Under the pieces are notes generated by a model, which was not told where the DNA came from, ran no database searches, and worked only from the letters and a program-made list of their open reading frames with translations. From a virus, in the IMG/VR virus record IMGVR_UViG_3300045988_070924, positions 1 through 64,000 of that record: DNA of 64,000 bases. The stretch is one strand, 5' to 3'. Every line of letters begins with the position of its first letter. Position 1 is the stretch's first letter. Positions 20,061-30,300 of the stretch are shown here, piece after piece. The translations under genes and the position numbers were made by a program.

Positions 20061-20335
20061 TGAACTATAAGCCAATATTTGAGAAAGTCTCTCAGGAGAC
20101 AGGAATACCTGAAGAGGTTGTATCTTTAGCCTATAGGACATTCTGGAAGTTCATTAGAGAGACAATCACAGAACTACCTTTGAAGGAGAATCTCACTGAA
20201 GAGGAATTTAAGGAGCTCAGGACATGTTTCAATGTTCCATCATTGGGCAAACTTGTATGTACCTATGAGAGGTATTTGGGAATGAAAAAGAGATTTAAGT
20301 ATCTCAATGGTTTAAAGAGTAGAAGTAATGATTAA
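20060..20335 (+). CDS. HU/IHF-like DNA-binding fold (tentative)
   Basis: The N-terminus MNYKPIFEKVSQETGIPEEVVSLAYRTFWKFIRETI resembles the HU/IHF helix-turn-helix start. Confidence 0.35.
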   Translation: MNYKPIFEKVSQETGIPEEVVSLAYRTFWKFIRETITELPLKENLTEEEFKELRTCFNVPSLGKLVCTYERYLGMKKRFKYLNGLKSRSND

Positions 20336-20774
20336 TATAAAGAAAATTAGACCACTGTTTACTAAAATAGTAACAACACTTGATAGATATGAGGAAGACC
20401 AGACTACTAAAGGTGGTCTTGTAGTAGCACAGAAGCAGGCAGGTTCTGTTAAAGAATACCAGAGGATTGTAGCAGTAGGTTCTAATCCTGCTGGACTTAA
20501 AGTAGGAGATATAGTTATGATTAATCCTGCAAGATATGCAGTGATGAAACATAAGCAGGGTTCTCTAAAGGATGGAGTTATTGAGGACAATCCAGTGCTT
20601 GGCTATAATCTTCCAATCATAGAACTTGATGGAGTCCCTCATTTGCTCCTTGAAACACAGGATGTGGATTTTGTTATAGAGGAATATGAGGATGATACCC
20701 CTGAGGAAACAATAGAATCAAGAGCAGCCAAGGCTGGAATCTATGCCCCAGGAACAAGTAAGATAATATCTTAG
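20328..20774 (+). CDS. GroES-like co-chaperonin (Hsp10 fold) with insertions
   Basis: IRPLFTKIVT...TKGGLVV...RIVAVGSNPAGLKVGDIVMINP...LLLETQDVDFVIEE follows the GroES pattern. Confidence 0.55.
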   Translation: MINIKKIRPLFTKIVTTLDRYEEDQTTKGGLVVAQKQAGSVKEYQRIVAVGSNPAGLKVGDIVMINPARYAVMKHKQGSLKDGVIEDNPVLGYNLPIIELDGVPHLLLETQDVDFVIEEYEDDTPEETIESRAAKAGIYAPGTSKIIS

Positions 20775-20780
20775 TTATAT

Positions 20781-20806
20781 AGCCAGTTTAATAAACTGGC
20801 TTTTAT
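20781..20806 (+). terminator. intrinsic terminator
   Basis: AGCCAGT-TTAATAA-ACTGGCT followed by TTTTATT. Confidence 0.6.
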
Positions 20807-20817
20807 TGGTTATAGAT

Positions 20818-21372
20818 ATGAAGTTAATAGAATATGATAACTACCAGTTAAAGTTGTCAGATGAAGCCTATCTTGTGAGACCTATAAGGAAACTTTTCAA
20901 TCAGGACAGGTCTTCTACTAAGGAGAAATTCTGGCAGCAGATAAGTTATCTTTACTTTATGACTGACCCAATCAGTTCATATATGTATATAACTGACCCA
21001 GAGGAAAGGGCAAAGGAAATAAAAATACAGGAAGGTCTTCCAGAAGACTTCAAACCCTCAAAGGAACTTGAAGAGGCTATGGACATCTATGCAAAGTTAT
21101 GCAATACTTCCTCTACTCTGCTTCTTCAGGATACAAGAGTTGCCATAGACAAGTTAAGGGAGTTTCTTAGGAACGTAGACCTTAATGAAAGGGATGATAA
21201 GGGTAAGCCTGTATATCCTGTGAATACCATAACCTCTGCTATAAAACAGATTCCAGAACTTGCTAAGTCTCTTTCTGAAGCTGAAAGGGCGGTTCAAAAG
21301 GAACTTGAAGAGTCTGGAAGAGCAAGAGGTGGTAATAACAAAACAATTTTCGATGATGGCATAATCTTATAA
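20818..21372 (+). CDS. hypothetical protein
   Basis: ATG at 20818; the track start at 20806 is a non-ATG codon. 184 aa. Confidence 0.5.
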   Translation: MKLIEYDNYQLKLSDEAYLVRPIRKLFNQDRSSTKEKFWQQISYLYFMTDPISSYMYITDPEERAKEIKIQEGLPEDFKPSKELEEAMDIYAKLCNTSSTLLLQDTRVAIDKLREFLRNVDLNERDDKGKPVYPVNTITSAIKQIPELAKSLSEAERAVQKELEESGRARGGNNKTIFDDGIIL

Positions 21373-21386
21373 ATCAGTAAGTTAAA

Positions 21387-21698
21387 ATGGAAGAGATAAT
21401 AAGGGCACTTACAAGGTTAGCAATAGAAAGAACAAAGAATCCATTTATAAGGTTCATTGTAAGAAAGACCAGCAAACCACTGAAGATAAAGGCATATAAG
21501 GAACTTACATTGGAACTGTTTCTTCATTCTGAAGGGAAAAATACTTTAGTATTGAAGGTACAACAGTCTATAAATACATCAGGAACTGATGATTCCAAGG
21601 TATGGGACCTTATGGAACCTTTCTTTACATATGAGGTGCTCAAGTGGGTAATGTCAGGGGAAGGAAAGGAGGTGATAGATGGATATAAGATGGAATAA
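21387..21698 (+). CDS. hypothetical protein
   Basis: 103-aa ORF directly upstream of TerL, overlapping it. Confidence 0.5.
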   Translation: MEEIIRALTRLAIERTKNPFIRFIVRKTSKPLKIKAYKELTLELFLHSEGKNTLVLKVQQSINTSGTDDSKVWDLMEPFFTYEVLKWVMSGEGKEVIDGYKME

Positions 21699-23934
21699 AT
21701 ATCAGACTCCTTATGAACTACTTAATCTTGAAAATGAACCTCAAGAAATACAAGATGGTTTCTGGGACTTCATAAATAATGTTCCTTACATAAGAAGTCT
21801 GATTTCAGAAAACAGACCAAGGGCTTGTGACCTTCCAAGGGATGAAGAAGGTAAGATTATAATTGATATAACAAAACCTCATATAATAGAGGATAGTGAT
21901 TACTTCAGACCAACAGCAATACATTATAAGGAGACTGGAAGATTTACAGACTTGAGACCTAATCCAAATCCAAATTCTGAGTTTGGCAAGTGGATTAGAG
22001 AGGAAATAAGGAGATGCTATGAAGGTTATGTCAGACCTTCTGATGGTGAATGGATAACTGGTGACCTATATTTCTTCCTCAATTATTGTCCTATTCTTCA
22101 AGACAGAAAGGATGAGAAAGGAGGAAGAAGAGCTAATAGGGTTGTAGATTTCCCTAAATTCTGGGAGGGTCATTATTATTTATCACATTATCTTAATATA
22201 GCCAGAAAAAATGGGCATCATGCTGCTGAATTGGCTTCGAGAGGAAAAGGAAAAAGTTATTTTGGTGCAGCCCTGCTTGCAAAAAGGTTCATACTTGGAG
22301 AATCTCTTGAAGTAAACAAGAAAGTACAGTGTGTTGTAACTGCCTCTGAAAAGAAATATCTGTCAGGTGCTAACCAGATACTTGATATGTTCTCTGGATA
22401 TATAGACTTCTGTGCTCAGAATACCCAGTTTCCTTCAAAGAGATTGGTCAATACCATGCAGAATCTTCAGTGGACTATGGGTTACCAGGACCTTGACAGT
22501 GGTACAAAGAAGGGAACTCTCAACTCAGTAATAGGTATCACATCCAAGGATGATGAGTCTAAGCTGAGAGGTTCAAGAGGTGTACTCTATCTTATAGAGG
22601 AGTTTGGTACATTCCCAAGACTTCTTGGTCTTTACAACACTCTTAGACCATCAGTAGAAGATGGAGAGAATATATATGGTCTTATCTTCATGTATGGTAC
22701 TGCTGGAGATAATGAGTCTGACTTTGCTTCAGCTCAGGAGATTATGTACAATCCTCTTGGATATAATATGCAGGACCTTCCAAATGTCTATGATAAGGAA
22801 GGTCAGGGTAGAAAGTTATTTACTTTCTTCTTCCCTGGTTATATGAATAGGGCAGAATGTTATGATAAGGATGGAAATTCAGATGTAACAAAAGCTCTTC
22901 TTGAGATACTTAAGGATAGGTATCTTGTAAAGTACAACTCTACTGATATCAACTCAATAACCAAGAGAATTGCTGAAATCCCTATAACTCCACAGGAAGC
23001 TATCCTCAAGACAAGGGGTAATCTGTTCCCAGTTACAGACCTTAATGAAAGACTTAATCAGCTGGATAATAATCCAAGAGAGTTTGATGATGTCTACACA
23101 GGTACTCTGATACAGAATGCCAAAGGAGAAGTAGAGTTCTGTCCTACTGCTGATTTGCCAATCAGAGATTTCCCTCTAAAAGATAATAAGGCAGAAGGCG
23201 CACTTGAGATATTCAATCTTCCAGAGAAGAACAGAGAGGACAGGGTATTTCCTGACAGGTATATTATAGGTCATGACCCTGTTGATGATGATGAGTCAGA
23301 TACACTTTCTCTCACTTCAACCTTTGTTCTTGACCTATGGACAGACCAGATAGTAGCAGAGTATACTGGAAGAAAAACACATGCTGATGATAACTTTGAG
23401 ATGGTTAGGAAACTTTGCCTGTTCTATAATGCAAAGTGCCTCTATGAGAACAATAAGAAAGGTATATTTGCATACTTCTCAAGAATGAACTGCACATATC
23501 TTCTTGCAGATACTCCTGAATATCTTAAGGATAAGGACCTTATAAAAGTCATAGGAGTAGGTAATAAATCAAAAGGAGTGAATGCAACAGCTCCTATTAA
23601 CAATTATGCTAACACCCTTATAAGGGATTGGTTGCTTAAGCCAATAACAGTTGTACAGGAAGTAGATGGTGAGCAAGTTGAGACTACTATATTCAATCTC
23701 TATAGAATAAGAAATAGGGCTCTCCTTAAGGAGCTTATTCTGTTTAATCCAGATATAAACGTGGATAGAGTAAGGGCATTAGGTATGGTAATGCTGTATA
23801 GAGAGGAGAAAGTAATTCTGTATCAGGGAGATATGAAGAGGGATGATGATAAGGTGTCGGCTGATTATTTAGGTAATGACCCTTTCTTCAAGATTAATTA
23901 TGATGATAGATTGATGAAATTTAGCAAAAAGTAA
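21679..23934 (+). CDS. terL: terminase large subunit
   Basis: 751 aa. Walker-A-like ASRGKGKSYFGA, an acidic nuclease-type C-terminal half, and a position directly upstream of the portal-sized gene. Confidence 0.75.
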   Translation: MDIRWNKYQTPYELLNLENEPQEIQDGFWDFINNVPYIRSLISENRPRACDLPRDEEGKIIIDITKPHIIEDSDYFRPTAIHYKETGRFTDLRPNPNPNSEFGKWIREEIRRCYEGYVRPSDGEWITGDLYFFLNYCPILQDRKDEKGGRRANRVVDFPKFWEGHYYLSHYLNIARKNGHHAAELASRGKGKSYFGAALLAKRFILGESLEVNKKVQCVVTASEKKYLSGANQILDMFSGYIDFCAQNTQFPSKRLVNTMQNLQWTMGYQDLDSGTKKGTLNSVIGITSKDDESKLRGSRGVLYLIEEFGTFPRLLGLYNTLRPSVEDGENIYGLIFMYGTAGDNESDFASAQEIMYNPLGYNMQDLPNVYDKEGQGRKLFTFFFPGYMNRAECYDKDGNSDVTKALLEILKDRYLVKYNSTDINSITKRIAEIPITPQEAILKTRGNLFPVTDLNERLNQLDNNPREFDDVYTGTLIQNAKGEVEFCPTADLPIRDFPLKDNKAEGALEIFNLPEKNREDRVFPDRYIIGHDPVDDDESDTLSLTSTFVLDLWTDQIVAEYTGRKTHADDNFEMVRKLCLFYNAKCLYENNKKGIFAYFSRMNCTYLLADTPEYLKDKDLIKVIGVGNKSKGVNATAPINNYANTLIRDWLLKPITVVQEVDGEQVETTIFNLYRIRNRALLKELILFNPDINVDRVRALGMVMLYREEKVILYQGDMKRDDDKVSADYLGNDPFFKINYDDRLMKFSKK

Positions 23935-23952
23935 TACTACTCTTAATAATTT

Positions 23953-23985
23953 ACTTATCCTATTGTTTAATAGGATAAGTTTTAT
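23953..23985 (+). terminator. intrinsic terminator after terL
   Basis: ACTTATCCTATT-GTTT-AATAGGATAAGT followed by TTT. Confidence 0.65.
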
Positions 23986-23993
23986 TACTTTTG
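23986..23993 (+). promoter_or_regulatory. -7 box of a Bacteroidota-type promoter
   Basis: TACTTTTG, 22 nt upstream of the ATG at 24016. Confidence 0.45.
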
Positions 23994-24015
23994 CACAGTT
24001 AAAAAGTAACTAAGA

Positions 24016-26439
24016 ATGTCAGAATTTATTAATTTTCCAAGGCAACAACTGCCCTTCTCACAGAAGACAAAGAAGTGGAGGAAGCAATGTATGGATTGGG
24101 CAGATTCCAAGACATTCTTCAACTACTCTCCTGTAAGGAAAAGCACAATACATAAGAAGATAAACTATGACCTCATTAATGGAAAGCTCCATATGGAGGA
24201 CATGGAAGCAATCATAAACCCAGAAAGTATAAAGGTAGGCTACATACCTGATAGAATACAGCACTATCCTATCATAAACTCCAAACTGAATGTTCTTAGG
24301 GGTGAGGAGACAAAAAGGGTATTTGACTTTAAGGTGGTAGTGACTAATCCTAATGCTGTATCAGAGGTTGAAGACCATAAGAAGGAACAGCTTTTTGCTT
24401 CACTTCAACAGTTGATTGCTGATAACTCACTCTCTGAGGAAGATTTTAATCAGGAGCTAGAGAAGCTCAATGACTACTATACATACCAGTGGCAGGATAT
24501 GAGAGAGATAAGAGCAAATGCTCTTCTTAATCATTATATAAAGGAATATAATATGCCTCTTCTCTTCAACAATGGTTTCATGGATGCCATGACTGTGGGT
24601 GAAGAGATTTATCAGTGTGATATAGTAGGAGGAGAGCCAGTCATTGAAAGGGTAAATCCTCTTAAGATAAGAGTGTTCAAGTCTGGCTATTCCAACAGAA
24701 TAGAAGATGCAGACATTATAATCATAGAAGATTACTGGAGCCCAGGAAGGGTTATAGATACTTTCTATGATGTTCTCTCTAAAAAGGACATGGAGTATAT
24801 TGAAAAGTTGCCTGACCATATAGGTCAAGCATATTCAGACTCTATGGACAATATAGATGAGAGGTATGGATTTGTAAATAATAATATGGTAGGGGATGAA
24901 GTAGTTACTGATGGTTTCTACTTTGACCCACTTAACCTGTTCTCAGATGCAGTAGTGAACTCTCTTCTCCCTTATGACCTTGCAGGTAATCTTAGAGTTC
25001 TAAGAATGTACTGGAAATCAAGAAGGAAGATAAAGAAGGTAAAGTCATATGACCCTGAAACAGGTGAAGAGACTTTCAACTTCTATCCAGAGACTTATAT
25101 CTGTAATCCTGACTTAGGAGAAGAAGAACAGACATTCTGGATTAATGAAGCTTGGGAAGGAACTAAAATTGGTCAGGATATCTATGTTAATATGAGACCA
25201 AGAGTTGTGCAGTACAACAGGCTTTCAAATCCATCAAGATGCCATTTTGGTATAGTAGGTTCTATATATAACCTTAATGAATCAAGACCTTTCTCTCTTG
25301 TTGATATGATGAAGCAGTACAACTACATGTATGATGCTGTTCATGATAGACTTAACAAGATGATTGCCAAGAACTGGGGTAAGATTATACAGCTTGACCT
25401 TGCCAAGGTTCCAAAAGGATGGGAAATAGAGAAATGGTTGTACTATGCCAAGGTTAATGGAATTGCTGTAGTAGACTCCTTCAAAGAGGGAAATATAGGT
25501 GCTGCAACAGGAAAGCTTGCAGGAGCACTTAATAATGCCTCTACAGGTGTGATTGACGCTGACTGGGGTAATAACATACAGCAATATATAAACCTTCTTG
25601 AGTTTATCAAGCTTGAGATGTCTGAAGTTGCAGGTATCACAAGACAGAGAGAAGGTCAGATAAGCAATAGAGAGACTGTAGGTGGTGTTGAGAGGGCAAC
25701 TCTTCAGTCATCACATATAACAGAATGGCTCTTTACTATACATGATGATGTGAAGAGGAGAGCACTTGAGTGCTTCCTTGAAACTGCAAAAGCGGCCCTT
25801 AAAGGAAGAAGCAAGAAGTTCCAGTATATATTATCTGACAGTTCAATGCAGATAGTAAATATAGAGGGAGATGAATTTGCAGAAGCTGACTATGGTCTTG
25901 TAGTAGACAACTCTGAAGGACTTCAAAAGTTACAGTCTCAGCTTGAGACACTTGCTCAGGCAGCCTTGCAAAACCAGACCCTTTCCTTCTCAACTATAAT
26001 GAAGATATACGGTTCTTCATCCCTTGCTGAAAAGCAAAGAATGGTTGAGAATGATGAAAGGAAGATGAGGGAAATGGCTCAACAGCAACAGCAGCAGGAA
26101 CTTCAGGCTCAGCAGCAACAGGCTCAGATGCAACAGCAGACTGAAATGCAGAAGATGCAGCAGGAAGATATACTTAATCAGAGAGATAATGAGACCAAGA
26201 TTCTTGTTGCTCAGATTAATGCTCAATCTAAACTTCAGGATTCAGAGGTAGACATTAATGATGGTATTCAGGAGCCTATGTCTGAAGAAGCAGCTGCAAA
26301 ACTTAGGGAGCAGATAAGAGAGTTTGATGCTAAAATGATACTTGAAAGGGAGAAACTCAAGGCACAGAGAGATAAGCAGGAAGAGGATGCCAGATTAAAG
26401 GAGAAACAAATAAACAAGAAACCAGTAAGTAGTAAATAA
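24016..26439 (+). CDS. portal protein
   Basis: 807 aa. Lies immediately after terL. Gln/Glu-rich low-complexity C-terminal tail. Confidence 0.7.
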   Translation: MSEFINFPRQQLPFSQKTKKWRKQCMDWADSKTFFNYSPVRKSTIHKKINYDLINGKLHMEDMEAIINPESIKVGYIPDRIQHYPIINSKLNVLRGEETKRVFDFKVVVTNPNAVSEVEDHKKEQLFASLQQLIADNSLSEEDFNQELEKLNDYYTYQWQDMREIRANALLNHYIKEYNMPLLFNNGFMDAMTVGEEIYQCDIVGGEPVIERVNPLKIRVFKSGYSNRIEDADIIIIEDYWSPGRVIDTFYDVLSKKDMEYIEKLPDHIGQAYSDSMDNIDERYGFVNNNMVGDEVVTDGFYFDPLNLFSDAVVNSLLPYDLAGNLRVLRMYWKSRRKIKKVKSYDPETGEETFNFYPETYICNPDLGEEEQTFWINEAWEGTKIGQDIYVNMRPRVVQYNRLSNPSRCHFGIVGSIYNLNESRPFSLVDMMKQYNYMYDAVHDRLNKMIAKNWGKIIQLDLAKVPKGWEIEKWLYYAKVNGIAVVDSFKEGNIGAATGKLAGALNNASTGVIDADWGNNIQQYINLLEFIKLEMSEVAGITRQREGQISNRETVGGVERATLQSSHITEWLFTIHDDVKRRALECFLETAKAALKGRSKKFQYILSDSSMQIVNIEGDEFAEADYGLVVDNSEGLQKLQSQLETLAQAALQNQTLSFSTIMKIYGSSSLAEKQRMVENDERKMREMAQQQQQQELQAQQQQAQMQQQTEMQKMQQEDILNQRDNETKILVAQINAQSKLQDSEVDINDGIQEPMSEEAAAKLREQIREFDAKMILEREKLKAQRDKQEEDARLKEKQINKKPVSSK

Positions 26440-26446
26440 TTAAGCT

Positions 26447-27733
26447 ATGATAATCAGAGATATTGTATTTTCTACTAATCCCCCTGCAACTCCTTATGTA
26501 TTATGGATTAAAGCAGGTGCCAATAATATTAACACACTCCATATATATGATGGAGGATGGAGAAAAATAGGTACTAGTTCTGGAGGAGGAACTTCTGACT
26601 ACAATGACTTAGAGAATAAACCTAAGATTAATAATGTAGTTCTTGAAGGAAACCTTACTCTCAATGACTTGGGGATTATAATTCCAGACCTTAAGAATTA
26701 TATTACAGAGGATGCTTTAAATACAGCACTTCTTGAATATGCTAAAAAGTCTGATATACCTTCAGTAGAAGGATTGCTTTCTGAAACAAAAGCCCAAGAA
26801 CTCTATCAGCCAAGAGGAAACTATGCTCTTAAAAGTGATATTCCAGATACTTCTGGCTTTATCACAGAAACTCAGGTAGATACTAAATTAGAGAACTATG
26901 CTCAAACATCAGATATTCCTGATACTTCTGGTTTAGCTTCTAAGGATGAGTTAAATGAAGCTATTTCTAACCAGAAGTTTAAGACTATCAATGGTCAGGA
27001 AATAACTGGTGAGGGGAATATAGAGATTCAAGGAGGAGGCTCTGTAACTGTAGATGATGTCCTTAGTGAGACTTCTGTTAATCCAGTTCAGAATAAAGTA
27101 ATCACTGAGCAAATCAATACTATGAATGAATTGCTTGCTCAACTTGATGAAAAAGTATTTCCTACTACCCTTTCTGTATCTGGAGGAGGAACTTATGATG
27201 AAGGTACTTCTCAGACAGTTATGGTATCTTGGAAACTCATGAAGAATGGACAGACTCTTACTCCTGATTCAGTAGCTGTAAATGGAGAAACAGTAGACCC
27301 AGCAACAGGTTATAAAGTATTTACTGATGTAACTACAACTACAACTTATAGAGTGGTAGTAGTTTATAAAGGTAAGACTTATAATGGAAGTACTACAGCT
27401 ACTTTCAAGAAGACTTACTATAGATATTATGGTGCTTTACCTGTAGGAACTTCTGTAGGAAGTATTACAGAGCCTATGATAACTTCTTTAAAGAAAGAAG
27501 TATGTACCTCTGCTTCTGCTACTCTAACCTATAATTTAGAAGACCAGAGAGCAGTTTATGCGTATCCTTCTACTTTTGGACTTCTAACAAAAGTATTAGA
27601 TGATGCCACTTCAATGCCTTATGATGATTTTGTAAAAGAGGCAGAAATGGTAATTGATGGAGAAAATTACTATATCTATGCTTTACAAAATCCATCTTCA
27701 GTAACTGATTATAAATTTAGATTTGTTAAATAA
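26447..27733 (+). CDS. fibre-like structural protein
   Basis: YNDLENKPKINNV motif and repeated SDIPDTSG(F/L) units typical of phage fibre proteins. Confidence 0.5.
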   Translation: MIIRDIVFSTNPPATPYVLWIKAGANNINTLHIYDGGWRKIGTSSGGGTSDYNDLENKPKINNVVLEGNLTLNDLGIIIPDLKNYITEDALNTALLEYAKKSDIPSVEGLLSETKAQELYQPRGNYALKSDIPDTSGFITETQVDTKLENYAQTSDIPDTSGLASKDELNEAISNQKFKTINGQEITGEGNIEIQGGGSVTVDDVLSETSVNPVQNKVITEQINTMNELLAQLDEKVFPTTLSVSGGGTYDEGTSQTVMVSWKLMKNGQTLTPDSVAVNGETVDPATGYKVFTDVTTTTTYRVVVVYKGKTYNGSTTATFKKTYYRYYGALPVGTSVGSITEPMITSLKKEVCTSASATLTYNLEDQRAVYAYPSTFGLLTKVLDDATSMPYDDFVKEAEMVIDGENYYIYALQNPSSVTDYKFRFVK

Positions 27734-28179
27734 TGGCAGTACAATTTGCATCTAATATAAAATATGAGGGAAGACTTTCTAATTTTACCAGAGATTCTTT
27801 TCCTACTTTAGAAGCTATGAAAGCTTTTAAGGAATCTGCATTAGACCCTGGACATATATCTTTCTGTGAAGAGGATAGGAACACATATAAATATGACCCT
27901 AATAACTCTGTAGATGTAGTCACTGGAAAGTGGAGATTGTTTGGTGGAGGAATTACTTATCATGAAGTTCCTACTCTTACAGAGGATTATATGATAACTT
28001 CTAATCCTTCTCTTACTAATGAAGTAATTTATTATATTACAATAGGAGAGACAGTGCACAAGGTAATTGGAGATTCTACTATCAAATGGCAAGATGGTAA
28101 GAGCCCAGTTTCTGAAGCAAACTCTGTAATAGTTGTAAGTGTTTTGAATAATTTAGCTGTTTGGGGGATTTTCAAATGA
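27733..28179 (+). CDS. structural protein (fibre/collar associated)
   Basis: 148 aa with coupled start/stop codons. Confidence 0.45.
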   Translation: MAVQFASNIKYEGRLSNFTRDSFPTLEAMKAFKESALDPGHISFCEEDRNTYKYDPNNSVDVVTGKWRLFGGGITYHEVPTLTEDYMITSNPSLTNEVIYYITIGETVHKVIGDSTIKWQDGKSPVSEANSVIVVSVLNNLAVWGIFK

Positions 28180-28331
28180 GTATGTTTAGAAATCTATTAA
28201 AAAACAACTCCTCTTCCTACATTAGACTTTCTCCAAGCTCTTTGAATTATACTACGGATGAGGAGGCACAAACACTTACTGTAGAGTCCAATGATAATTG
28301 GACTTTGCATGTAACTTATAAAGAAAAGTAG
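28176..28331 (+). CDS. 51-aa stand-alone BACON-like domain ORF
   Basis: Read by eye: MSMFRNLLKNNSSSYIRLSPSSLNYTTDEEAQTLTVESNDNWTLHVTYKEK. ATGA overlap with the upstream stop. Confidence 0.4.
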   Translation: MSMFRNLLKNNSSSYIRLSPSSLNYTTDEEAQTLTVESNDNWTLHVTYKEK

Positions 28332-28334
28332 AAA

Positions 28335-29588
28335 ATGTTTACAATACAACAAATACAAGAGATTGCAAGAAAACTTTCTGCAATGTGCAAGAAAGATTCA
28401 GACTTTAAACCTATAGCTTTTTGGAAATCTCTTAGTAAGAAGGACAGTATAGCATTTGTAAAAAATGGAGAAAATAGGTCTATGACTTTAGACCAACTTT
28501 ATACTTATGTGAGACAAAATATAAATAGTGATATTGGGGATGCCTTACAGAGAGTAGCAGCTTTGGAAGAAAGAGCAGATAAGATAGAACAGGATATACA
28601 TACTATTAATGACACTATCAGTTCTCTTACAAGCAATATTAATAATAGATTTGCTTATATAGACAAGAGTTTAGAAGATATCAATACTGCATTAAGTATA
28701 TTAACTACTAAATATACACTTACTGTAAATCCTGTTACTCCTGATGCAACTGTTACTATAAATGGAATAGTACAGACTTCAATGCAAGTAACCAATGGTT
28801 CAATAGTTAACGTTAAAGTGTCTGCTGATGGGTATAAGACTTATGAAGAGTTTATTTTGGTTGACAAGGATATGGTCATTACTCCTGAGCTTCAGAAAGA
28901 AGAAGTGACTTTTTCTATAACTACTATTCCCACAGATTGTGTAGTGAAACTTAATGGTGTTGCTAGAAATTCTATTAATATAATAAAAGGTTCTTCAGTA
29001 AATTGGGAAGTATCTAAAAGTGGCTATATAACAAAAAGTGGCAGTACAATTGTTACAGAAAATACTTCAATGCAAGTATCTCTAGATGTAATAGGAGAAG
29101 GTAAAATTAACTTTACTATAAATGTAATTTCTCCTTTAGATGCAGTTGTAACTATAAATGGAGAAACTACTAATTCAATTATTGTTGATAAGAACTCAGA
29201 AGTTACTTGGTCTGTAGAAGCTCCTCATTATGAGTCTAAGAACGGTACTCAGACAGTAACTGAAGATACTACAGTAGATGTAACTCTTGTTGCAAATAAG
29301 TATACTCTTACTATAAATCCTACTCCAGCAGATGCAGTAGTAGAATTAAATGGAGAAGTTAAAAACTCTATTACAGCAGATTATAATACTGATATTAGTA
29401 TTAAGATATCTAAAAAAGGATACAAGACTTATACTGAAAAGTATAAACTAATACAAACTGAAACTAAAGATATTATTCTTGAAGTAGAAGAGTTTGTAGA
29501 TATTAATCCTGAGCATATGGAATTTAATTCTGGTGGAGAATCTAAGAGTCTACAGATTGAATCCAATACTTCTTGGAACATTGATTAA
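28335..29588 (+). CDS. protein with four PEGA-like repeats and a C-terminal BACON-like domain
   Basis: Four ~60-aa repeats (KYTLTVNPVTPDATVTINGIV..., EVTFSITTIPTDCVVKLNGVA..., KINFTINVISPLDAVVTINGET..., KYTLTINPTPADAVVELNGEV...). The C-terminus reads FNSGGESKSLQIESNTSWNID. Confidence 0.55.
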   Translation: MFTIQQIQEIARKLSAMCKKDSDFKPIAFWKSLSKKDSIAFVKNGENRSMTLDQLYTYVRQNINSDIGDALQRVAALEERADKIEQDIHTINDTISSLTSNINNRFAYIDKSLEDINTALSILTTKYTLTVNPVTPDATVTINGIVQTSMQVTNGSIVNVKVSADGYKTYEEFILVDKDMVITPELQKEEVTFSITTIPTDCVVKLNGVARNSINIIKGSSVNWEVSKSGYITKSGSTIVTENTSMQVSLDVIGEGKINFTINVISPLDAVVTINGETTNSIIVDKNSEVTWSVEAPHYESKNGTQTVTEDTTVDVTLVANKYTLTINPTPADAVVELNGEVKNSITADYNTDISIKISKKGYKTYTEKYKLIQTETKDIILEVEEFVDINPEHMEFNSGGESKSLQIESNTSWNID

Positions 29589-29647
29589 AATTGATTAGTA
29601 ACTTACAAGGGAGAGTTTTAATCTCCCTTGTTAAAAACATAAATAAA

Positions 29648-30283
29648 ATGGCAAAACCAGATTGGATTACATTAAGTAAAAATTCAGGTTCAGGCAATGA
29701 TACAATATCTGTGGAAGCTCAACCTAATGCTCAAAGATATTGCAGAGAGGGAATAATAACAGTAAACTCAGGAAATGGGAGTACCTCTAAACAGGTAAAA
29801 GTATCTCAGTTTGGAGCAGCAACTTATAATATAGATTTAACTTTTGTAGGGGTGCCAGAAGGAAATCTTTTTAAGATATCTTCATGTTACTATACTTTTG
29901 CAGGAGATGCAGCAGAAGATGATGATTCTACATACATAGTTAAAGTTAAACTCCTGAATGATGGACTCCCATTTCAGTTACCTGATGGCAGTACAATTTT
30001 AGAGCTACCTGTTGAGATGGTCACTGGGGAATCAGTAGGAACAGGCAAAAAGACTTTTACTACTTCATTCAAAATAAGTAGTAAGGACGCATTGTCCTTT
30101 TATACCACAATGTTTGCAACATCTTCATTAGGTACTGTAGTTGTAGATGAGAATACAAGTAATGTTAGATGTGAGAAGGAAACACTTGCAGTAGATGTTA
30201 GCAATATTCCTGAAACAGCAGCTGGAGGTGTTACCGTTGTTACTGTAGGTACACAAGATAGTGTAACATGGACTGTTGAATAA
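29648..30283 (+). CDS. BACON-domain structural protein (paralog 1)
   Basis: ATG at 29648. MAKPDWITLSKNSGSGNDTISVEAQPN...VKVSQ. Confidence 0.55.
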   Translation: MAKPDWITLSKNSGSGNDTISVEAQPNAQRYCREGIITVNSGNGSTSKQVKVSQFGAATYNIDLTFVGVPEGNLFKISSCYYTFAGDAAEDDDSTYIVKVKLLNDGLPFQLPDGSTILELPVEMVTGESVGTGKKTFTTSFKISSKDALSFYTTMFATSSLGTVVVDENTSNVRCEKETLAVDVSNIPETAAGGVTVVTVGTQDSVTWTVE

Positions 30284-30300
30284 AATAAAAATAAGTGATT

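Noticed and set aside
28176-29588. The 51-aa BACON-like ORF is in frame with the next ORF across a single TAG (28329-28331). This suggests TAG read-through or recoding, as reported for some crAss-like lineages.
   Set aside because: TAG clearly ends several other genes here (stops at 20774, 33801, 38794, 48633 and 58013), some directly followed by terminators. No suppressor tRNA (CUA anticodon) was found, and being in frame has a 1-in-3 chance expectation.
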